DNA of 64,000 nucleotides from Macrostomum lignano (Eukaryota): NCBI GenBank assembly GCA_002269645.1, contig NIVC01001921.1, positions 1 to 64,000 of the forward strand, read 5' to 3'. Shown piece by piece: positions 25,046 to 36,520 of this stretch (position 1 is its first letter; each line of letters starts with the position of its first letter). The notes under the pieces were generated by a model. It saw only the letters and a program-made list of their open reading frames with translations, ran no database searches and was not told where the DNA came from. The position numbers and the translations under genes were made by a program.

Positions 25046-25749
25046 TAGTTTTAGTAGATCGTACATGGTCATGTCTGTGCCACACTTCAGCCATGCCTTC
25101 CAGCTATGGCCCAATTCGGTCGCAGTTAAAACCAAATTGATTTCTGTTGTCTATGGCTTTCTGTGGTTTGTCTGAAATCTCTACCCCCGGCTTAAAAAAT
25201 GCGATTGCCTACTTGTCTATGGTAAAAAGTCTCTGCTAGATAGATAGTCGAAGTTTAAGTTCTGCGTCCTGAGTGTTTTTCTTAGTCCTTGTTGCTTATA
25301 CTCCTAGTTAAATCACCCTAGTTCTTCAAGGTTAGCAGCAAGTCAGGTGAGTCTTGTTTATTACTGAAGAATTGTTTCATTTAATGAGCGCCAGCTAAAC
25401 TGCGGTCTGTAACGCGCAAAGTTTTTTTAGTATTTATAAAAGTTATTTTGGTTACAAATAGCCTCAGAAATAGTAGAAATGAACAATGAAGAAGTATAGC
25501 TGTGTTATAGTGCCTTTAGTTCAAACATTCAGTTCAACTGGGAGGCGATCTTTTTCTCATTCCTAGCTTAGATACTTGAATATTCACTGTTTGACTAGGA
25601 ATTTAAGTAAGAATTGGCTTTGCATTTTTTAAGCGGGGCAATTTAAATGAAAAAAAAATCAGAGAATTTAAAGTGACTTCTCTGAACGAAGACAACAAAT
25701 TAGTAAACATTTTCACTGCTTGATCCGCGCGTTTTCCTGACTCTGCAGC

Positions 25750-26088
25750 ATGGCGATGAGACAGTTAGCCTTTCTACTAGGAGCAGCCTGTCTGGTGTTT
25801 CTGGGCTGCACAGTACTCACTGCTGAGGCCTCCGAGATCAGTTGCTATGCGCGGTACGCTGGCGCCGCGGAGGAGCGCGTGACGCCCTGCGGGGACACCC
25901 GGCACGGCCGGCGCTGCTTCAAAGGCGTCTTGAGCGAGGCGAGCGCGGAGCTGCTGCAGGAGCACTCGGAGCTGCCAATTTTTGCTGGAGACTCTGTGCA
26001 GCACTGCATCAGTGTGCCCGTCACTCGGGAGTACCTGCTGAGGTACACTGAGACTGTAGTCTGCGACTATGACCTGTGCAATCAGTGA
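25750..26088 (+). CDS. Small secreted cysteine-rich protein, Ly6/uPAR three-finger-like (112 aa)
   Basis: Hydrophobic signal peptide, ISCY start of the mature domain, terminal VCDYDLCN motif, strong acceptor (TTTTCCTGACTCTGCAG) just before the ATG; six Cys in the mature part and no GPI tail. Confidence 0.7.
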   Translation: MAMRQLAFLLGAACLVFLGCTVLTAEASEISCYARYAGAAEERVTPCGDTRHGRRCFKGVLSEASAELLQEHSELPIFAGDSVQHCISVPVTREYLLRYTETVVCDYDLCNQ

Positions 26089-27144
26089 GCACAACACAGC
26101 CTGTTTCTCTTGTTGCTGAGCAGATTGTAATGACATAAATACACAAATGAGCAATAGGAACCAATGTTGTCTACTGAAAGATGTTATTGCATTGATGTTG
26201 GTTTTTATTTTAACAGTAGTGTGGCATCATCCAGACTGATGGGTGTACAAGCAGCAGCGCTGTTAGACCAAAGATCATAAATACGTCGTACACAAGACGG
26301 GCCACTCATTAACCGCTAATGTGGCCATAGAAGCTAATGTAAAAAAAATTGCATCTCGCGACAGCGCGTAAATCAACTACTGAACTCAATTTCGTTAGTA
26401 GTCTCTGCAGTGAATTCATGTGAATTCATCATTCTTGGTTCAATTGAGTAGCTGTTTAATTAATTCTGAAGTTTTATTCGATTCTCAAAAAATAGCGTCT
26501 ATGTCCCTAAGCTACTGAAGTCAAAATTGAAGCAACCCATGTCGGCTCTTTTCGCATAAATGACGAAAACAGCGGTCGCGCTTTCCCTATTACCGCCATA
26601 CAAAGTGCCCTATCTAGGGAATATAAGATCTATGTGTTAGGCTACACACTGCCATGGAGCCCCGTTAGGTTGTGGTGTTTTTGCCATAGACAGGTTTTTG
26701 CTGACGCAAATGCAGGGTTGAAGATTATTCCAACTCTCCTAGTGGTTAGTGGAGGAATGCGCTGGATGGGAGGTTTCTGCCATAGACAGTTGTTTTTCCA
26801 CACTCTCTTATGGGGTAACTGTGTCTTCAACTTCAAGTAGTGTAGGAAGCCATATAAATATTAACCTAACTAATGGGCAATGTTTGTGAAGTGCGAAATC
26901 GTTAGTCAGTGCGTGATTATCCCTTTGGCATGGAGTTTAAAGTATAGGCGTTTGGATAGGAGTTGTGAGCTGCTGCATATGCGTCCCGGGGGTGAGAGAT
27001 TTCGGGGTGGGAGATTTTGGGGATATGAGATTTCGAGAATGGGATATTTCAGAGATGCTAAGGGTAGCTCATATCCAGTCAGCCGGACACCGAGCTCAGC
27101 ACTGCGGGTCCTCGGCTGCCGCGTAACTCAGGCTGGTCGGCAAC

Positions 27145-29025
27145 TCAGGCGCAGGTGGACGCCGGGCCCAGCAGCCGGATGTCCACCCGTCCGTCGGGCT
27201 GCTCGTTGCCGCCCGTCGCGCCCTGGACGCTGGTGGCCTCGCTGGCCGCGAAACTGCCTCCCCCGCCGCCGCCGGTCGCGCCTCCGCCGCTGGCACCGCC
27301 ACCCGAGTAGCCGCCGCCGCCGCCACCCCCGCCAGGGCTGCTGGTCTTCTTGCCGCCGCCGCCGCCGCCGCCGAAGCCTCCTCGTCCAGCCTGGCCAGTG
27401 GAGGAGCCGCCGCTCCACCCACCGGCCCGGGAGGCGCCGCCTTCGCCGCTGGTGCCGCCGCCGTGCGCCCGCCGCCCGTCAGCCAGCCGGCACCGCCGCC
27501 GCCCTTGCCGCCGCAGCAGGTTCTGGAAGCAGCCGGAGCGCCGCCACCAGCCACGCCGCCGCTGCCCTGGTGGCTGTCCGGCACCGCCGACGGCGTACCG
27601 TCCGGCCCGACGACTCCCGGCGATCCCGCCGACGTCTCCGCGGCGCCGCCACCGCCGCCAGCCGCTAGCAGCAGCGAAGCGGTCGCAGTCTCGTACACGA
27701 AGCTGCCGCCACCGCCGCCAGCTCCGAAGCGGCTGTCGCCGGAGTCACCACCGACCTGCCCGACGACCACCGTCAACTCGGCGTCTCCAAGTACAAAACT
27801 GGCTGATTTGAAGGCGCCCCTGCCGCCGGCGTTCGAGCCGGAATTGGAGCCGCCGGCGGCGCCCCAGGCGCGGAGTCGGTAGCAGGCGTTGGGCAGAGGC
27901 GGCGAGTAGCTCTGGGGGGCCGGGCCGCTCGCCGCTGCATTGAAAGGCGGGTTGGAAAATAAATCCATGATGGCGGGAGGGCTGCGGGTCACCTTGGAGT
28001 AGCGCCAGCGCTGAGTCAATTGCGCCCATTGCGCTGAATCCTGCGCATATTCAAGCGCGTGAATACTGTACGCAGACACGCGCTCATACACACGCTCACA
28101 CCTTCCAAATCGTGGGGAAGTGCGTAGGTGTTTTGTTCGAGGTGGCAATCAAAAGTTTGAGCGAAAAACTGACATCTCCCATATTCTCACACTGGAGACT
28201 CAGTGCGCCCATCAATCAAATTTGACCACGTAAGGGACTTTGGTGCAAGGTTGAGTAGATATCATGGTACTCTGCCAATGTACTCCCGCAGTGCTCACAA
28301 TAGTTTGAGTAGAGCGTCTTCTCAGATAGCCAGCTGCTGCAGTTCCCGCCATCCTGCATCAGCCAGAGCTGGCGCAGGTCTTTAGCGGTGCCCATCACGC
28401 AGACGGCGGCTTCGCTGACGAACTCGGCAACTACACAGTGGGCGTCGATAGCGCAGAAGAGGACACATTTGAGCGCACTGCTCGCTGGCCTGTGCAATGT
28501 TGAGACATCAGGAACTGCTTAGAGATCAGTGCGGAACTGCTTAGAGATCAGTGCGGAACTGCTTAGAGATCAGTGTGGAACTGCTTAGAGATCAGTGCGG
28601 AACTGCTTAGAGATCAGTGCGGAACTGCTTAGAGATCATTGCGGAACTGCTTAGAGAGATCAGTGCGGAACTGCTTAGAGATCAGTGCGGAACTGCTTAG
28701 AGATCAGTGCGGAACTGCTTAGAGAGATCAGTGCGGAACTGCTTAGAGAGATCAGTGCGGAACTGCTTAGAGAGATCAGTGCGGAACTGCTTAGAAGACC
28801 TATACTAAAAATGCCATAAAAGACTCAATACGATAGATATCAAATCAGAGGTTCCAGCACACCCCTACTAGCCAACTCTAGTCACCTGACCATGAGACCT
28901 GGCGCGGACACATTTGAGCAGCACAGGTTGCGGTGCGGCAGCAGACGGTCACAGCTCGGCTGAACAGATGCGGCAGTCAGCAAGGGCAGCAGCAGCAGCA
29001 GCAGCACTTGTGCCAGAAGTTCCAT
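27145..29025 (-). CDS. Secreted PAN/apple-like + glycine-rich (PF12810 / ALK-LTK GRD-like) protein, 3 exons
   Basis: Exons 29025-28886 (MELLAQVLLLLLLP signal peptide), 28489-28299 (SALKCVLFCAIDAHC...VC), 28033-27145 (YRLRAWGAAGG...GGRGA...VVVGQ...GGGGGSFV...LLAAGGGGG...GGFGGGG...GGGGGYSGG...GGGGGSF...DGRVDIRLL); phases match; one -1 frameshift at about 27468. Confidence 0.7.
28511..28795. repeat. 22-bp minisatellite in intron 1 of the PAN/Gly-rich gene
   Basis: Unit GGAACTGCTTAGAGATCAGTGC, about 13 copies. Confidence 0.9.
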
Positions 29026-30282
29026 CTTTGAATGCTTGGTTTGCTAAAGCACAGCAACAGAAGACGTCAAAAGTAGAGAAGTTTTTAGCAAAAGATGAGG
29101 CAGTCCATCGCTGCAGAGTTTCTATAGCTGGGAATTTGTTTGAATGCAACCAATTGGCTCGGTCTGGAGCCGCAAATGACAGAGCTTTCTACTGGAAATT
29201 GTACACTAACCCGTTGCTAGGGGATCGAATTTGCGGGACAATTGCTATGCTGCCATTTGAAATGCTGTAGAATGTGAAGATGGTGCAATACTTCCACTTA
29301 AAATTCGGCAACTCCCTCTTTATCTTAAGGATATTTTTGGCGATGTGCTTTCTTTGCAAGTAAAAAAATTTATGTTATTTTTACTATTGCTATTATTAAT
29401 ATTATTATATGCTCACACCTAGGTTTGTAGAACTTTATAATTTATGACTTTATTCCAGGCCAACAAACTAACTAACGAACTGTCCGATGAATTATGCTTA
29501 TGTCTGTCTTCTTGAGTCATTTAGGTAAAATGCTTTGTCCTCTGCAGTAAGCTTTTTGAACTTTCGAAACTTTATCCGACATTTCCTGCTCAAATACTAT
29601 GAGGAGCACTATAAAAGTTCCAACTGCACTTAATCAAGAAGTGAACGTACTTCACTTTCAAACCCCACATATGGCACTTTTGGTAGGTCCTGTTCTCGTA
29701 AGGGATCTTTGGTCTCGCAGTCCTTATTGTTTCGCAGTGCTAATCTAAACTGCGACAGGGTGCGATTTAAATCTGGATTGGAAGCCATTCGAGGCTGTAG
29801 TAAAAATGAGTTAACTTTGCCGAGTTCTTTGCTCTTGTCTCCAGTTTTGGGTATCCGAACTTGCCAATCCGTAAGTTGTCTGCGGTGAAACCCAATTTGG
29901 TGCTACAACAATCAGCGTAGAAAGCACAGAGAGTACTTTTGCTGTGTTTCTTCGTACTTGTACCAACTTTCCACCAGAGACAGAGCAACTTTACACGCAT
30001 TTAGTTTAGCAACACTTCATCCTCCAGTAAGGTCGAGACATCGGCCTTTAGGGAAGAATTCAATGTAGAATTACATAAAGTCTAGAGAACACGACTTCCG
30101 TAATTGGCAACCCATATTAGTTTTTTAGGCAGAATTTACAATGGTTTAAAACAGACAAAGGCATTGTTGGTTGCATGTTCTGGAATGAAAAACTGATTTA
30201 AATAAAAAAATTTTAGTTGATTGCAGCAATGCTACTAGTGGCATGCATGGCCTTACTAAAACAAATAAAAATACAGGCATTT

Positions 30283-30645
30283 TTTTTATTCCACCCACGG
30301 TGTTGTCCGCAACAGCGCGATGAGCTATTTTAGGCCGAATCCATTTGCTGCAAACCCAATCCAGGCATTGTTTTGCGCTGCATTGTCTGGCAATTTGGGG
30401 GGAAAGCGATGTGGCTTCGGTCGTCTTTGATGACCAATGCGCAGAGCTGATTTCCTGGATCTATGAAAGTAAAGGTCGGATTCAGAATTTCCGAATTCAA
30501 TGCCGCTTAACAATTCCGCTTCCAGGATCCAAAAAGCAAGAGATGTGTTTCTTCTGCGGGCTCTGCATGGCTACGTGTATTACTGATGTTGTCTATAAAT
30601 TAACTTTTTAGAAAAAAAACATTGCACACGAGAGAAGCAAAACTG
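30283..30645 (+). repeat. Dispersed about 360-bp repeat, copy 1 (copy 2 at 39001-39350)
   Basis: TTTTTTATTCCAC..GTCCGCAACAGCGCGATGAGCTATT...GGATCTATGAAAGTAA...GGCTCTGCATGGCTACGTGTA shared by both loci. Confidence 0.8.
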
Positions 30646-33197
30646 CTGTAGCTGTTACAAATGCTTATTTTTGGTTAAGTTATGGTAACCTTATTCAGAC
30701 GTGGCATGCGAGGCATATTTTGTATTGTCACCCAATAAGCTCTAATTGTCGACCGCTATGATCGAGGAGCATCCCAACCTTTCTTATGATTTTATCAGCA
30801 TTAGGGCTGAAGCTGCTGGGACGGCCGCGGGACCAAAGTCGTGCATCCAAATATGCACTTTTACCTGGACACCGAACGTTCAGCCGATATACGTATGACT
30901 TCTTCGTTATCAGCCGATGTAATGTAAAAAGTCGGATTTTTTGCTGCACTGGCCCGTTCATGCCCTTTATACTATGCATTTTTTCAGGATTTCATGGTCC
31001 TTACTTTAATTGGATTAGGATTTCGTAGCTACATGTACATTGCGAAACCAGGCTATTACGTTAACAGTATCCTAAACTCTCTAAGCATATTATTGCTTAT
31101 TATACTCGTATTACTAAAAGAAGAGATTCTGAGAAAGTAGTTCAAATGTTGGGCGTTCTGTCTAGCAAAACTCGATATCCCTAATTATAGTGTGTACGCA
31201 GTTGCACTGCTTTCAACCATTTCAAAAAGGAGATTAAATTAACAATAAATGTACGGCTGTACTGGACAGAGAAGAATGCAAGGATCGGATCACTAGCTAT
31301 TGTGACGAATAAAGGCAGGAAGACGTGCAGTTTGTGTAGCGGTTAAATTTGATAATCTAGAGCCAGTAGCCGACTTCCCTTAGCGTAAATTGCAGATTCA
31401 GATTTGGTATGTTGAATTGAAGGTTAGGTTTTGATTGGTAGCTGCTTAATTTTAGTGCGACTAAAGCAATTGAATGCGACGGCTAAGGGGCCCGCGAGAA
31501 GCGGAGCGAAAACTCAGGAGGGCAGGGGGAGAGCGGCGGCTGGCTGCAAGCGTATATTTAATTGGCAAGGTAAACAGATAACAAACAACAGCGACCCTAA
31601 TCCAAAACCCAGACAAACCCCCCACGCGGCGCGCAATGTACATGTACAAATCAATCGATAAATATATCATACAAGAATAACATACGTCAGTACATGTACA
31701 TAGGTAGAACTACTTTACGATAAATAATAACGATATGAATGAAATACAAATAATAGAATAAAACATACGAGGCTACAAAACCAAAGCAATTAACAGTAAA
31801 AATAGCGCGATAATAATACGTACGAATATTGTTAAAATAAATGGAAGAATACAGTAGTTGCACGGTATGCATATGAAAATAAAGAAATACGATACACGCG
31901 CCTCTACGAATCACACTGTCACACTAGTAATATACATGTAATACGTATTTTCCGGGCTAAAGTCCTTGGGAATCATACTTACGTACATAGTACAATGATA
32001 TCCCAGTGAAAAATGATTCATGGATTCCACGTGGGTTCCACGTGGCCATGTGGAATTTAAATGTTTCTTTATTTTTTGCAAATTATTAACTTAAAGATGA
32101 CATAATGGTATGCAAAGTATTTTTTATGCATTATTTTTTTATTTTTACTGTCCTAATGTTGATGTGGATTTTACAAGGAATTCATGAGAAATAAGCGTAC
32201 ATTGATTCAACATGGAATCCACTTCGATAAAAAACTGTGATACACCACATTCAGACATTTTTAGGAAATTACTATAATTAATTATTACATTTATATGTTT
32301 TTAAGTTAAAATTAATATCTTAAAGCTAAATTATAATCGGCAAATAAGACACTGTTTGTTAAAATAGACAAAGTAGAAGTGAACAATAAAAAACGCTTCG
32401 TGCTTTTTAAAATTAAATTAATTTTATTTTATATTCGTCAATGTTTTGGCTCAAGGCCTTGAAAGATAAATTGCCTTGTTTATGGCTATTTAAGCACCTT
32501 AAAAATTTTAGTAGACCTAGCCTATAGGCAATAACTTATCAGGCCATAGCCTCCATGAGATTAGAAATTAGATAAATCAGTATTTTATCATAGATAGGCC
32601 TAATACTTTTGGTAAAATCTATGATAAATTTATTTAGGCCTAGGCCTCCAATTTCTAGAAATCCCATGGCCATGTCCATAGATTGGCTACTCATTTTTTT
32701 AACTTAAATAGACCTTTAGAAGTTCATAATTTCCTCTTAGTCCTAGGCCTACCTATTATTAGTCCTATCTATTTATATGTATGCTTATTAGGCGTATTTT
32801 AAGCTAGGCCTGCTATAACTATCAATTTAGGTCCTTCTATTTTAATTAAGGTTAGGACTAGCTTGACTTTGTGAATTGTGACTAGTCAATCTAGTTAATA
32901 TGTTAAAAATCAATTAATTTATGATTTTCTTCAAAAAAGTCTGTTAGCATCTTTTGCCAGTTTTGGACTTGTTGCATTTTTAAAAACAATATTATTAATT
33001 ATAATAAATAATTCTTTGCAATTACACTTGCAACTTGCTTTTGGCATAGCTAGCCTAGCAGATCCCTAAGGTTGCTATTAAAAATAAAGAATGATTATTG
33101 TAAATTTGATCTGATTTAGGCCAAGTCCAGAATTTAATTTTAAGCCATAAGGCATAGCTATTTAGGCTTAGGTTAGGCCTAATGTTTAATTATACTA

Positions 33198-33558
33198 TTT
33201 TTTTTATTAGAGGCAGGGGGGTTGTGTGCACCCTGGCGCACTTTAAGCAACATAGGCATACAACTGGCAAGAGGCATTGCTGCCTATTCCGCCGACTCCC
33301 CTAAGCAGGCACACAAGTGTGCGAATATGTATGCAAGCACACTCATACAAGAATGTACAGCGGCCCTAGCTTTATTTATCGTTAGGCATGTATACTTCAC
33401 TGTGCCTTGGGGGGTTGGCTCTCAAGGCCATTAATTGCATGAGCAGAGAGCCAAGCTGAGATTCCAATTCAGCCCCAAATTAATATGACTGTACTTGGAT
33501 TCGAGCTTGGGTTGTTGGCACACCAGAGCAGCTGCGCTACTACTTGGCTACGGCCCCC
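33198..33558 (-). mobile_element. tRNA-derived SINE, full length
   Basis: Reverse complement of the 40063 SINE; A-rich tail; flanked by TTAAT(T/C)ATACTA (33186-33197 and 33562-33573). Confidence 0.85.
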
Positions 33559-33971
33559 CTTTTAATCATACTAGGCCAGGAAATATGAAAAACATGCATT
33601 GCTTTGCCTAAATACTTTATAGTCTAAAATCAATTTTAAAATAAAAAATTAAATTTATAGAAACATATATTAATTATTTTTATACTTATTATTTTAATTT
33701 TATTAATTTTATTTTATTGATTGACTTAGGTAGGGTTTTCTTTTTTGCTAGAGACAAGGTGCAAAATCATACCCTATGCTCACTTTTAGGGTTTTATGAT
33801 TTTAAGGCTTAGAATGTAGTTTCTTTTTTTTCTTATATAAAGGCAATGCAAATAAGGCTTCAACATAAAAATAGGTAATGAGATCGCACCTAAACTGTAT
33901 CAACTTTTTAATTTCAGTTTTTAAGGTACAATTTTAAGATTTAGGGTGCACTTGACTTACTTGACTTAGCT

Positions 33972-34050
33972 GCAGGGGGCTCTGTGCATCTGGAAACAGC
34001 GAGGAGGCATTGCTGCCCATTTCGCTAACCCCTGGCGAAGGCATATGCAC
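33972..34050 (-). mobile_element. Fragment of the same SINE family (3' part)
   Basis: GCAGGGGGCTCTGTGCA...GAGGCATTGCTGCCCATT resembles 33212-33290. Confidence 0.5.
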
Positions 34051-34303
34051 ACTTTGCGCTAAAAAAATAAACCTAAGACTTAGGCCTAGTTAATTTTAAA
34101 ATAAACTTTATTAAGTATTCATCCTTAAATTAGTTTTATGAATTATATCAATATTATCTATCAATCTTAATTGGCAACAATTATTTTTCTATTTCATTTC
34201 AGCCTAACATTACATGGCCCATCCTTAAACTTGGATGTCACCTTGGTCTTGCCTTTGAAGAAGCATGCAAAGCTACTTGGAATTGGAATTTAATATCTCG
34301 AAT

Positions 34304-34600
34304 CATACATGCGCAACCTCCAAAATTCGGTCGGCCATGCGACTTAGTTTTAACAAAAATGCGACGTAGTTTTTGGCCAAAAATGCGACTTACATGTAAA
34401 AAAACCCTAAAGCAAAATTAACGCAACTTTAGGTACACGGCAGGAGTAACTATAACTGTGTTATTAATCCAAAATGCCTCGTCAGCTACTTAGTACTACT
34501 ATTTGGTTATTTTTCGGGTGGGCATTTTTGCGACTTCCTTGGTTGGCCGCCAAATCGGTCGGCCGGATCGGCCGACTCGGCCGACTGTTGCGCATGTATG
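34304..34600. mobile_element. hAT-family MITE
   Basis: 14-bp TIR CATACATGCGCAAC / GTTGCGCATGTATG with exact 8-bp TSD TCTCGAAT (34296-34303 and 34601-34608); subterminal TCGGCC repeats. Confidence 0.85.
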
Positions 34601-35424
34601 TCTCGAATGCTACCTTTTGTGAAGCAATGGTAAGTTTTAGTTATAAACTGATTTTTTTCTGTCATCAAAATCTGTTATAAGATCAAAATCTATAAAAATC
34701 TATTACAAAATCTGTTATCAATCTGTTATAAAATTCTGTAATTTAACCCCTTTCTTTTCTAAGGTTGCTCACCTGACCTGAAGAAGCAGCATTCTGGCAA
34801 TTGGCAGCAGCATGTTTCTGACTGTTCTAATTCTGGTGCATTATATTATTGTTAATTAATTAATGCTATTGACAATGTCAATTTCAAATTATATATTATA
34901 TCATATGCGCAGCGCAACTTTAAAGATATCAATATCTACATCAGTGTGTTTATTCTTTGTGTGCTAGTGACTCACTACTGTACATAAATACACCTTACTT
35001 ATTGATACATCCTTTTTGAATATATTTTTGTGCAGAAATATTTTTGGCTATAGCTAATGTTTTATCTGTGTTTCAGTTTCTTTTATATGGTATTGAGATC
35101 TGGGGTTTGTATGAAATTTTGAGATCTGGTATTATTTTGAGATTTAGGATGCAACAATTTATTATGGCAACCAGTATAATGGCTGCTTACTCAATGACAA
35201 TGTGGATTCTATGTGAAATACATAATTACTTCCATGTGGATCTTCCATGTGGAATCCATATCTTGATTCCACATGGATGGACGGAGACAAATGCACATAT
35301 GGATTTCATATGAAAAATCCACATGGAATCCATATCATTTTTTCACTGGGATTATCCTTGCCCCTGAAGCGCCCGATTTGACGCCCCACTTTTTGGCAAC
35401 TTTTCTGTTTGGCGCGAGGCGTGA

Positions 35425-35548
35425 GATTAATATTATTATAAATATCAATATTAATATTAATATTGTTATTATTTATATTATTATTATCTTATTATTATAA
35501 TATGATGATGATGATGATGATGATGATTATTATTATTATTATTATTAT

Positions 35549-35606
<58 letters not shown>

Positions 35607-35610
35607 ATTA
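35425..35610. repeat. (TAT)n/(TGA)n microsatellite
   Basis: Direct inspection. Confidence 0.9.
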
Positions 35611-36081
35611 TAGAACGTAAGAAAACAAGTAAGAGAGATCGAGCTATTTAAAATAAGCTAGGCCTATTTCCTGGGCGAACCGAAAACAATGTGCAAAATA
35701 ATTGACAGCAAGGCCTGTCTTACTATGCCAACTGCAATGCTGAGCACCGCAGATGTGTACGTACAAGCTTTCAAAAGTTTAAGCAACGAATTTGTACGTT
35801 AGCAACTTTTAAGAGAAATAACAAAAGTTTATATACAGTACCTATTGAATGCTATCAATAAGGATTAAATTATTCATAAAAAAATGAAAATATAGTTTTT
35901 TCTTTAGTTACTAAAGTTATCTACTGACTTCCGGTGGTGACTGTACCATACGCAGCCTAAATTCGAAGGACGAAGGGGACTGTTGCTGAGTTCTGAATCC
36001 GGCATATAGTCAGGGGAATTACATCAAACTAAGCCAGTACTAATTCTTATAATAATCTGTTTTACTTACCCTTAAGAAGTC

Positions 36082-36520
36082 ATGTGCATGCAAGTGAAGT
36101 GCGAAAAGTGTGGAAAGACAACCTGGAAAGGTAAATATGCATGCTTCTTTATTTTGTATTTGATAGCCTTATATTTTTTTACAAATATTTTTTATTTTTT
36201 ATTTTTTTTATATTTTTTTTATTTTTTACTTTATTTATTATTTTAATATTTTTTACAATTACAAGGGCAAGTTAAAAGTAAAGTAGCATTTGGCTTTTTG
36301 CTAATTTTTTTAAGTGCATCGCCATCATGGATTCATAGGACTGTAATTTTTAACTATCTAATTTTTCTAAATTCTAGTCAAGTTTTAATGCGTTTGATTG
36401 ATTATGCCTTGTTTAACTAATCTAATGGCAATACATATATCTTATTTAGGTTGTGGCAAACATGTTGACCAAGTCATGAAGAGTGTTCCTGAGGACCAAT
36501 GTTGCAAGTGTCCAAGATAG
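36082..36520 (+). CDS. 39-aa Cys/His-rich microprotein, 2 exons (MCMQVKCEKCGKTTWKGCGKHVDQVMKSVPEDQCCKCPR)
   Basis: Exon 1 36082-36130 (donor AG|GTAAAT), exon 2 36450-36520 (acceptor TTATTTAG|G); phase-1 join gives 120 nt with stop; CxxC and WxGCGxH motifs; too short for the ORF track. Confidence 0.75.

Larger units (their letters stand above)
23231..26631. repeat. About 850-bp inverted duplication (arms 23231-24080 and 25788-26631) with about 1.7-kb spacer
   Basis: Arms are reverse complements; the ORF track gives identical translations in several frames (23780-24073 vs 25750-26088; 23817-24026 vs 25842-26051). Confidence 0.95.
32002..35350. mobile_element. Non-autonomous EnSpm/CACTA-like (CMC) element with nested insertions
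   Basis: TIR CCCAGTGAAAAA...TTTTTCACTGGG, 2-bp TSD AT on both sides, subterminal TGGA(T/A)TCCAC / ATGTGGA repeat clusters at both ends; no transposase ORF. Confidence 0.65.
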
